64,000 nucleotides of DNA from an uncultured Clostridia bacterium (lineage in GTDB: Bacteria; Bacillota; Clostridia; Christensenellales; CAG-917): contig CAUUJG010000004.1 of assembly GCA_963545485.1 (NCBI GenBank), positions 23,186 through 87,185 on the forward strand, in the 5' to 3' direction. Below the pieces are notes generated by a model. That model worked only from the letters and a program-made list of their open reading frames with translations. It was not told the DNA's origin and searched no databases. Of the stretch, positions 49,366 through 57,315 are shown in pieces (position 1 is the stretch's first letter; each line of letters begins with the position of its first letter). The translations under genes were made by a program, and so were the position numbers.

Positions 49366-51135
49366 ATGTACGATCCGCTAAGAGACAAGAAACCGTATGG
49401 GGCTTGCGTAAAGGGAAAGGATGTATATTTAGAATTCCCGTTAGATATAAAAGATATTGTTAAGAATATTTATTTAGTATTAAGAAAAGATGAAAGAGAA
49501 GAAAGAAAGCTTTTAAAGTTTAAAGAAGTTAGAGATGGAGAAGCCATCTATAGTATAAAATTTAAGGTTCAAGAAAGTGGAATATGGCATTATCGATTTG
49601 AGGGTGAGCTTTTAACTGGCGGAACAGCATATTATGGAAGAGACTATGACGGGAGAGCTGTTCGGAGAGATTGGATGCCAGAATGGCAACTTACAGTATG
49701 TGAAAAAGCATACAAGACACCAGAGTGGGCAAAAATAGGAGTATGTTATCAAATATTTGCCGATAGATTTAACAAAGGAGAAGAACGCAAATTTAACAAG
49801 CAAGGAACGCTTCATAAGAAATTAGATGAGCAAATAGAGATAGCCGAAGAAGGAAAGGATTACAAAGCGAATGACTACTACGGTGGCAACATAAAAGGAA
49901 TAATTGACAAGATTGATTATTTAAAAGAATTAAATGTTTCTTGTATATATTTAACGCCGATATTTGAAGCACACTCAAATCACAGGTATGATACAGCCGA
50001 TTATTTGAAAATAGATAGTCTCTTTGGAACAGAAGAACAACTTCAGGAACTTATAGAAGAAGCACACAAGAAAAATATTAAAATAATGTTAGATGGGGTG
50101 TTTAATCATACGGGTTCTGATAGTATATATTTTAATAAAAATAATAGATATCCAGATAAAGGAGCATATCAGTCAAAAGAGTCAAAATATTATGATTGGT
50201 ATTATTTTTATAAATATCCTGACGAATATCATTCATGGTGGGGATGTACAGTTGTCCCGACAGTTAACAAAGAAGCAAGAGGATATAAAGATCTTATACT
50301 TGGTAAAAATGGAGTAATAGAAAAGTGGACATCAAAAGGAATAGATGCCTGGCGACTGGATGTAGTTGATGAGCTCCCGATTTCATTTACAACAGAATTG
50401 TGTAAAAAAATACATAGTTGTGGGAAAGATAAATTAATTATTGGAGAGGTGTGGGAAGACGCCACCACTAAAGTAAGCTATGACCAATGGAGACCATATT
50501 TTATGGGAGATCAGTTGGATAGTGTAATGAATTATCCTTTCAAAGAAGCAATTATAGAATTTTGTAAAACAAGAAATAAAGAGATATTTATAGAAAAAGT
50601 GACAACAATTCTTGAACATTATCCAAAAGAATCGCTAGATGCAATGTTGAACTTACTTGGTTCTCACGACACAACAAGAGTTTTGACTGAACTGTCAAAT
50701 AGAATTCCTCCGGAAAGCAAATCGGCAAGAAGAGTAGATCGACTTAACCCCTCAGAATATATTCAAGCAAGAGAAAGATTAAAACTTGCAATATTACTAC
50801 AATATACATTGCCAGGAATTCCAATGGTATATTATGGGGACGAAAGAGGGATGGAAGGTTACGAGGATCCTCTAAATAGACTACCAATAATTTGGGATAA
50901 CTTAGATGGAGTTATATTTAGAAGATATAAAAGAATGGGCGAATTAAGACAGAAATATCAAAATGTTTTAAAAGGAGAGACAACATTTATAAAACATGAA
51001 ACATTACTCATATACAAGAGAAACACCACAGACGAAGAGCTCATGATAATCATTAATCCTACAGAAAAAGAATGCTTATTTGAAGATATTGTCGTTTCCC
51101 CACAAGACTACAAAGTTGTTTTTAAGACAGTCTAA
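49366..51135 (+). CDS. GH13 alpha-amylase-family hydrolase (neopullulanase/cyclomaltodextrinase-like)
   Basis: GH13 regions DGVFNHTG, AWRLDVVDE, GEVWED and LLGSHD. It is the last gene of the glg cluster. Confidence 0.8.
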   Translation: MYDPLRDKKPYGACVKGKDVYLEFPLDIKDIVKNIYLVLRKDEREERKLLKFKEVRDGEAIYSIKFKVQESGIWHYRFEGELLTGGTAYYGRDYDGRAVRRDWMPEWQLTVCEKAYKTPEWAKIGVCYQIFADRFNKGEERKFNKQGTLHKKLDEQIEIAEEGKDYKANDYYGGNIKGIIDKIDYLKELNVSCIYLTPIFEAHSNHRYDTADYLKIDSLFGTEEQLQELIEEAHKKNIKIMLDGVFNHTGSDSIYFNKNNRYPDKGAYQSKESKYYDWYYFYKYPDEYHSWWGCTVVPTVNKEARGYKDLILGKNGVIEKWTSKGIDAWRLDVVDELPISFTTELCKKIHSCGKDKLIIGEVWEDATTKVSYDQWRPYFMGDQLDSVMNYPFKEAIIEFCKTRNKEIFIEKVTTILEHYPKESLDAMLNLLGSHDTTRVLTELSNRIPPESKSARRVDRLNPSEYIQARERLKLAILLQYTLPGIPMVYYGDERGMEGYEDPLNRLPIIWDNLDGVIFRRYKRMGELRQKYQNVLKGETTFIKHETLLIYKRNTTDEELMIIINPTEKECLFEDIVVSPQDYKVVFKTV

Positions 51136-51323
51136 TCCTACAGAATTGCAAAGAGGAGAAATAAAATGACTGAAACGGAAGCAAAAACAATATGTTGCGA
51201 GAAATAATTGTTAACACATTATTACATAGAGATTATTCTAGCGGATATGTAGCAAAGCTTGTTATATAAAAAGAGCGAATATTTGTTGAAAATGCTAATA
51301 TTGCACGAGGAAAGGGGATGATT

Positions 51324-52881
51324 TGTTATGTAAGGAATCTTGTGTAAATAGTTTTTTTAGAAGTAAAAAAAGCAAATATATAATCTGTTGATATCAGTCT
51401 ATGTTTAATCTGCTGTATTGGTCAAATGATAATCGTTGAATTTTCGAAAAGTAGCTGATTTTGGGAGTTAGGAAGCAACCCCAAATTTGGGGTTGCTTCC
51501 TAAAACCAGTTGAATAAATTTATTAAAATTATATCTGTGCCAAGTCGGCAACCATTGCCAAGTTTTGATTTCCAGTTAAAGTCTTCATCAATTTGCATTA
51601 ATATTGTCCGATGAGGCGATTTGCTGATTCAACATTTGGGAATATTTTGATTATCTTTTCTCGTTTTCTAATTGAGCAATTAACTCTTTCAAGAGCATTA
51701 TTGGTGAATATACATCTATGAATTTCTGGATTAAATTCCAAATATTTAAAAGAGTATTGATACCAATCATCAAGGGATTTCATTGCCTTATATTGTTTAT
51801 TTGAAACTAGAAAATCCATTAATACATTAGTACATTTATTAACAACTTTATAGTCATTAATTTTCTTAAGTTCTTGCAACATTATGCCTGTTTGTTTTTT
51901 ATATTTATTAGCTACATTATTGAGAGTATTTCGAAATAAATGTGCTGCACAGTATTGCCAACCAGCATTAGGAAACACCTCTTTGATTGCTGTTTTTAAG
52001 CTTTCATTATTATCTGTTATGAAGAGTTTAGGGTTTATTAGACCTTTTTCTTTTAGGCAAGTTAAAAAATTAATATATTCATATTTATTTTCAGAATTAG
52101 CTATTTCATAGCCTAAAATGGTCTTTCTACCATCATTATTATATCCAAGGGCTATATACACACTCTTTTTAACTACCTTATTGCCTTCACGCACATCAAT
52201 ATACATGGCATCTACATGTACATATTTATGTATCCCAACGATTGGTCTTGTCTGAAATTCATCAACATCTGGCTGAATAGTTTTAACAATCTTAGATACT
52301 GTTGAATGAGAAAAACTTGTGCCACAAAGTATTTCTGTTATGTCCTTTATTTTGCGTGTTGAAACCCCATCTAAAACTATTTCAATTAATGTCGCACAAA
52401 ATGCTTTTTCAACCCTATTAAATCTCTCAAAAACAGTTGTTTGAAATTCCCCATTTCTATCTCTTGGAAGTTGCAAATTTAACTTACCAATACTTGTTGC
52501 AAGTGAACGAATATATGAACCATTTCTATATCCTTTACGCTTCTCAGTCCTTTCTGATTTTTTTGCATCTAGAAATGTCTCCATCTCATATTTCATCACC
52601 TCATTCAATATTTTCTGATATAACTCTGATGAGGCAAAAATTGATGAAACACTGGAATTTTTAATATCATCCCTTATTTTTTCAATGTCCACAGAGATAT
52701 TTATTATCCCATCATTATTTTTCTTTTTACTTGTTTCTCCGAAAATGCTATTTTTTTCTTGAGCCATACTCAAACCTCCTATTAATTTTTTCGCAAACTA
52801 AATTATATATTAGGTCTTGAGCTTTTGGCTCTTTTTTTTATTTATCCATTTTTACTTTTACACACAATTATTTACATAATC
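51324..52881 (-). mobile_element. IS256-family insertion sequence (about 1.56 kb)
   Basis: Imperfect terminal inverted repeats: left TGTTATGTAAGGAATCTTGTGTAAA, right (reverse complement) GATTATGTAAATAATTGTGTGTAAA, 19 of 25 identical. Both ends are flanked by the direct repeat GATGATT (51317-51323 and 52882-52888). The target reading frame is restored if the IS and one repeat copy are removed. Confidence 0.8.
51598..52773 (-). CDS. IS256-family (Mutator-like) DDE transposase
   Basis: 391 aa with length and blocks typical of the family (..YVHVDAMYIDVR.., ..FITDNNESLK.., ..QYCAAHLFRN.., TNNALERVN). Confidence 0.85.
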   Translation of the reverse strand: MSMAQEKNSIFGETSKKKNNDGIINISVDIEKIRDDIKNSSVSSIFASSELYQKILNEVMKYEMETFLDAKKSERTEKRKGYRNGSYIRSLATSIGKLNLQLPRDRNGEFQTTVFERFNRVEKAFCATLIEIVLDGVSTRKIKDITEILCGTSFSHSTVSKIVKTIQPDVDEFQTRPIVGIHKYVHVDAMYIDVREGNKVVKKSVYIALGYNNDGRKTILGYEIANSENKYEYINFLTCLKEKGLINPKLFITDNNESLKTAIKEVFPNAGWQYCAAHLFRNTLNNVANKYKKQTGIMLQELKKINDYKVVNKCTNVLMDFLVSNKQYKAMKSLDDWYQYSFKYLEFNPEIHRCIFTNNALERVNCSIRKREKIIKIFPNVESANRLIGQY

Positions 52882-53339
52882 GATGATTAAGATGGAGGAT
52901 TTTAAGCCATACGCAAAAAATCCATCAAATGCGGCAGTATTTAAGGAAATTGGATTCGCCGATTCTTTATGTTCAGGAATTCGAAATTTGTATAAATATA
53001 CACATATCTACTCAGAAGAAGAGCCAAAATTTGAAGAAGGAGATGTTTTTAGAACAATTGTTCCGCTTAAAAAAATAGCGACAGCAAAAGCAGGAGGGCA
53101 AACAGAAGTTTGGCAAAAAGTCTCTCGAAAGTCCCTCAATAAAGTCACAAAGACAAATTGAGAAAATAGAAGATAAAATTAGGCAAATGATAAAAGAACA
53201 ATTTAATAACAAGAAATGAAATTGCAGAAGAATGTGGAATTAGCGAAAAGACAGTTACAAGATATATAAAGAAAATGAAAGAGTTTATATATATGGGGAA
53301 AGGGAAGAATGGATGTTGGATTAAAACTCGATCAAATAG

Positions 53340-54068
53340 TTAAGAAACAGTTTTTAAATTTGCACGAAGCTGTTTAAATAGCAATTTGTCAGTCAGTGAG
53401 GTTTTTCTGCTATCTATAATTTTTGAAATAGCCTTAAGTTTGATGTCCAAACAGATGGTTTGCTCAGCGAGTAAATCAAGGAGCAATTGTTTAAATTCAA
53501 TATAAAGACTTTGCAGTAACCAGGCGATTGCCATTTGTAGATAGTATTCAGAAGTCTTCCCAAAGGAAAGAATAGAAGTTTTTAAGAAAGGTGTATACTC
53601 ATCGCTTAATAAATATTTCATTGCTAAAATAAAAGCAGTTCTTCTATAAAACAACAACTTAGAAGACAAAAGCTTTTGACAAAAAGACAGACAAGAATTT
53701 TTATCAGTGTAAAATAAGGGGCAAGCAATACTGTCTGTAACTATCCATGAATCGACAGAAGACAAGAGGTCACAAATATATTTTTCAAAAGGGAAAGAAC
53801 TTCCAAGAGTTTTAGAATAATTTGAGCAACAAAAAGAAAAAAGCATTTGTTCGTCGAGGCTACTTAAATTTAGAGTTTTAAGAACAAACTCAAAAGGGAA
53901 CAAGGAAAGAGTCTTGCTTAATTTTCTCATAAGAGGAACGGTAACGCCGGCTATATGCAAATCGCTTTTGGAAATATTTTTTATAAACGGTATTTTGGAA
54001 GCAACAGCATTTGCTTTAAAAAAATTATCAATAGTAGATCTTATGCTTTCTACGGTACAATTAGTCAC
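53340..54068 (-). CDS. DNA alkylation repair (AlkD/AlkC-like HEAT-repeat) family protein
   Basis: The family pattern ...IAGVTVPLMRKLSK... and YYLQMAIAWLLQ resembles PF08713-type proteins. The ORF is open to 54185, but the extension is hydrophobic junk. GTG at 54068 gives a 242-aa product. Confidence 0.55.
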   Translation of the reverse strand: MTNCTVESIRSTIDNFFKANAVASKIPFIKNISKSDLHIAGVTVPLMRKLSKTLSLFPFEFVLKTLNLSSLDEQMLFSFCCSNYSKTLGSSFPFEKYICDLLSSVDSWIVTDSIACPLFYTDKNSCLSFCQKLLSSKLLFYRRTAFILAMKYLLSDEYTPFLKTSILSFGKTSEYYLQMAIAWLLQSLYIEFKQLLLDLLAEQTICLDIKLKAISKIIDSRKTSLTDKLLFKQLRANLKTVS

Positions 54069-54254
54069 ATAAGAAGTATCCCACAGCGAGAAAAAACAAG
54101 CAATAGCCCAGAGTGTATTTTTAAACAGGCATAGAAAAAAAGTGTATTCATTACAATTGTTCACAAACTTTATAAAAATAAACACAAGAGGGTGTAATTT
54201 TCAATGGGATACATATTTTAGTAGAGGTGGATTGAAAAATAAAGAGAGGTATAT

Positions 54255-55028
54255 ATGCAGTGGAAAATTTTTGAAGAAGAATGTCTAAAATATTTAAATG
54301 GTAAGTACGGTAATTATTTTAAATTGCAAGGGGAATCAAACTCTACAGTTAGTGATATTTATTTTAATGGTGAAGGGAATAGTTTTTATATTGAAGCTAA
54401 GATGCCAACGGCACAATGCGGACAATTTGTTTTGTTGCCAAGTGTTGAAAATAAAAAACTCACGTACTCAAATAAAAACAAAACACAGCAAAATGAATTT
54501 TTAGATGAAATAATAAAATTTATAAATTTAAATGTAGATAAGTTCCTGAATTGTGGAACAGCAGGTATAGAAATTTTATTAAATAAAGACATATTTTATA
54601 AGTGGATAGTAAATTATTATAAAAATAAAAATGTTAAATATATCATAACAAAACAAGAAAATTTTTTAATTTTTAGTATTGATAAAATTAATAAGTATTT
54701 TGATATTACAGCAAGATATAAACAAAAGAAAAGCGGATCTAGAGCTTTAAATTCAAGTAGAACAGATTTTGAATTTGCGATGAGGGCAGCAGGAATAGCC
54801 TTCACTTTTGTTGGACATAATATTGTTTCCAATGAGGACTTAGATAGTAAAAAGATTAAAGGTCTAAAATATGTATATTTGATAAAAAAGAGTAAAACAG
54901 GATATGTTGCAAGAATACTATCAAATACGAAAAATGCAAGTGTGATATTTTCAATTAAGCTCAAAAAATATAATGCTGAAGAACAGAAAAACGATATTTT
55001 GAATTTTGAAAAGGATATTAGCCGTTAG
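54255..55028 (+). CDS. Type II restriction endonuclease, R.HhaI-like
   Basis: 257 aa with a PD-(D/E)xK-like SDIYF...FYIEAK. The N-terminal region resembles my recollection of R.HhaI (258 aa). It is convergent with an M.HhaI-like gene. Confidence 0.65.
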   Translation: MQWKIFEEECLKYLNGKYGNYFKLQGESNSTVSDIYFNGEGNSFYIEAKMPTAQCGQFVLLPSVENKKLTYSNKNKTQQNEFLDEIIKFINLNVDKFLNCGTAGIEILLNKDIFYKWIVNYYKNKNVKYIITKQENFLIFSIDKINKYFDITARYKQKKSGSRALNSSRTDFEFAMRAAGIAFTFVGHNIVSNEDLDSKKIKGLKYVYLIKKSKTGYVARILSNTKNASVIFSIKLKKYNAEEQKNDILNFEKDISR

Positions 55029-55329
55029 GAAAAAAATTTTTAAAAAGCAAATATTTAGTTAAAGATAATTTATATGTATGAATTGTACCAAAACCAATGG
55101 GAAGCGAAGTTAGTTGATATTTTTTCATAATTTCGTTTTTACCGTTTTTTGAAAAAGCTTTTAGGAGCTGTTCGCAGCAATCATTATTAAACTCGAAATC
55201 AACAGAAGACTTTAGATGAGATGATATTAATGCAAAATCCAATCTTTTTAATCTAGACACAATGTCAGATGCAACTTTGGAAGAGGCACCATTTTTAATT
55301 AACCATATTTTAAATTGAGGAGTGTTCAT
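55018..55329 (-). CDS. Hypothetical 103-aa protein downstream of, and overlapping, the methyltransferase gene
   Basis: ATG at 55329 lies 20 nt inside the end of the methylase frame. The 3-prime end overlaps the endonuclease gene by 11 nt. I can name no recognisable motif. Confidence 0.4.
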   Translation of the reverse strand: MNTPQFKIWLIKNGASSKVASDIVSRLKRLDFALISSHLKSSVDFEFNNDCCEQLLKAFSKNGKNEIMKKYQLTSLPIGFGTIHTYKLSLTKYLLFKNFFPNG

Positions 55330-56294
55330 TCAGGGTTGTACCGATATTTATTGCGATGTATTGAAGAACATCAATTACAACAGAATTACCAAATTGTTTG
55401 TAAGCTTGGTTTGAAGAAGGATGAATTAAATATGAATCGGGGAATCCCATAAGCCTAGCACATTCTCTGGGATGTAGCCTCCTTGTTTTTCCATTAATAA
55501 GGTATCCTCCGGTTTTTGCAAATGCTCCGCCACCATTGGAAGAAAGAGTAATGGCAATACCCTTTGGACTATATATCCGCTCACCCTGTCTACCCTTTCC
55601 AACAGTTCCAATACGAATTGGTTTTGTTATGTCATCGTTAATGTGATTTTTTTTAAAATCAAATCAGAACGATTAATAACAAGGTTGGAAACTTCATCGT
55701 CAGATAACAGTAAATTTTCAAGACAAACAGAAAGTTTAAAAGCCTTGGGGAAGATAAATTTATTAATACCTAAATCCTTTCTAAAACAAACAATATAAAT
55801 TCGTTCTCTATTTTGTGGTATACCAAAATCTTGAGAATTAAGCACATCAGAAAAGAAATTGTAACCAATATCCGAGAGTGTTTCTTTTACAACTTTTAAA
55901 GTATTGCCGTTATCATGAGTGGCGAAGTTTTTAACATTTTCTAAAAAGAGTACTTTTGGTTTTTTTGCTTTAGCGATTCTTGCTACATCAAAAAAAGGGA
56001 TCCACGGCTATCTTTAAAGCCTTTTTGTTTTCCGCTTATAGAGAATGCTTGGCAAGGGAATCCTGCACATAAGATATCATGGTCTGGAATTGTGTTTTCA
56101 TTTACAAGTGTAATATCGTCATCAGGAATTTCTGCAAAGTTTATTTTATAAATTTCTTTTGCAGACTTATCGCACTCACTTGAATAGACACAGCTTGCAC
56201 CACAAGACTCTAAAGCAATGCGAAATCCACCAAGACCAGCAAATAAGTCTATAAATTTTAAACCAAATAAACTACTGTTTTTGTGTTTAAGCAC
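55310..56294 (-). pseudogene. C5-cytosine DNA methyltransferase, M.HhaI-like (predicted GCGC), interrupted by two 1-nt frameshifts
   Basis: All C5-MTase motifs are found across three frames: DLFAGLGG (I), GFPCQAFS (IV), LENVKN (VI), QNRERIY (VIII), TRRLHPRECARLMGFPDSY (IX) and QFGNSVVI (X). Frame switches occur at the A7 run 55990-55996 and the T8 run 55647-55654. The probable GTG start at 56294 is preceded by GAGG. Confidence 0.85.
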
Positions 56295-56445
56295 AAGAAC
56301 CTCAATAGCGCATTGCGCAAGTCCAGTGTAGCAATAATATGTCTCTATTTCAATAAATGATATAAGTAGCTGCAAAACAAGCACGACGCAGCTGGTTTTT
56401 CTTGACAACAAATAACAAAAAAAAGTAACATTAAGAAAGTCATTT

Positions 56446-56521
56446 GCCTGTTTAGCTCAGTCGGTAGAGCATGCGGCTGTTAACCGCAGTGTCGTAGGTT
56501 CGAGTCCTACAACAGGCGCCA
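56446..56521 (+). tRNA. tRNA-Asn (anticodon GTT), CCA encoded
   Basis: A 76-nt cloverleaf folded by hand: acceptor GCCTGTT/AACAGGC, D arm GCTC/GAGC, anticodon stem TGCGG/CCGCA with loop CTGTTAA, and T arm GTAGG-TTCGAGT-CCTAC. Confidence 0.9.
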
Positions 56522-56684
56522 TTCCAAAAAAACAAATCCATAGCAATAAATTAAAAGAAAAGAATATTTTTGATAGATGTATTTCCTTTAAGTATTAAAA
56601 AGCCTATTATAAGGGATAAGTCTGCAATAAAAAGAAACAGAATGTTTGTCATGTTTTAATGAATAAAAAAAGGAGGCGGTAGTC

Positions 56685-57284
56685 TTGAAGAAAATACCAA
56701 CATTATTTGTAAGAAACTTCATAGATAATCATCAATTTGTTTTAACAAGAGAGGTTAAGTCAGGATTGGAGTGGGTTTTGCAAGGTGAGGGAATCGCAAC
56801 GGTTAAAATAGATGGAAGTTGTACTGCAATTATAGATGGAATTTTTTATAAGAGGTATGATGCGAAACATGGGAAAAGACCTCCAGAAGGGGCAATACCA
56901 TGTGGAGATCCAGATAAAAACACTGGACATTGGCCACATTGGATAAAAGTGAACCCAGAAAACAAAGCGGATCAATGGTTATATGCTGCATATAAAAATT
57001 CAAATCCAGAAAAATTAGAAGATGGCACATATGAAGCCATTGGCTTACACTTTCAAAGCAATCCATATGGCATGACAGAAGACAAGTTAGAAAGACATGG
57101 AATAAGAGAAATTCAAGTCGAGCGGAGTTTTGATGGAATTAAAAAATACCTTGAGGATAATAGTATAGAAGGAATTGTTTTCTGGAAAGATGGAGAAGCA
57201 AAGTGCAAAATAAAAAGAAAAGATTTCGGGATCGCTTGGAATAGAAAAAATCCGAGTAATAAAATAGAGCCTTGCAAAGAATAG
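56685..57284 (+). CDS. Minimal ligase-like nucleotidyltransferase (KxDG motif)
   Basis: 199 aa from a TTG start after AGGAGG. TVKIDGS matches the covalent nucleotidyltransferase motif I of ATP-dependent ligases. No OB or other accessory domain can fit in this length. Confidence 0.55.
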   Translation: MKKIPTLFVRNFIDNHQFVLTREVKSGLEWVLQGEGIATVKIDGSCTAIIDGIFYKRYDAKHGKRPPEGAIPCGDPDKNTGHWPHWIKVNPENKADQWLYAAYKNSNPEKLEDGTYEAIGLHFQSNPYGMTEDKLERHGIREIQVERSFDGIKKYLEDNSIEGIVFWKDGEAKCKIKRKDFGIAWNRKNPSNKIEPCKE

Positions 57285-57309
57285 AAGAGACTATTTAATC
57301 TCTTCTATT
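57280..57309. terminator. Bidirectional hairpin between convergent genes
   Basis: An 11-bp perfect stem AATAGAAGAGA / TCTCTTCTATT with an 8-nt loop. It overlaps the stop of the ligase-like gene and lies just beyond the stop of the 1203-aa gene. Confidence 0.6.
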
Positions 57310-57315
57310 CTAATG

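Larger units (their letters stand above)
51192..53343 (+). pseudogene. Remnant of a second AlbA_2/HATPase_c_4/HTH-family gene, N-terminally truncated, with an in-frame stop, frameshifts and an IS insertion
   Basis: The left piece reads MLREIIVNTLLHRDYSSGYVAKLVI*KERIFVENANIARGKGMI. After the IS, the right piece continues MIKMEDFKPYAKNPSNAAVFKEIGFADSLCSGIRNLY... The HTH tail ITRNEIAEECGISEKTVTRYIKKMKEFIYMGKGKNGCWIK lies in yet another frame. Confidence 0.65.

Noticed and set aside
51166-51207. A 13-codon ORF (MTETEAKTICCEK) after the GH13 gene, preceded by AGAGGAG
   Set aside because: It is too short to support. It overlaps the start of the AlbA_2-family remnant, so the RBS-like sequence is probably incidental.
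51471-51502. A perfect hairpin AGGAAGCAACCCC-AAATTT-GGGGTTGCTTCCT as the terminator of the glycogen operon
   Set aside because: It lies inside the IS256-family element, about 335 nt past the last glg-cluster gene, and has no flanking T-tract on either strand. It is more likely an internal IS feature.
56295-56411. N-terminal extension of the methyltransferase ORF (MLSRKTSCVVLVLQLL...)
   Set aside because: The extension has no counterpart in C5-MTases. A GTG with a GAGG RBS at 56294 gives the expected distance of about 12 aa to motif I.
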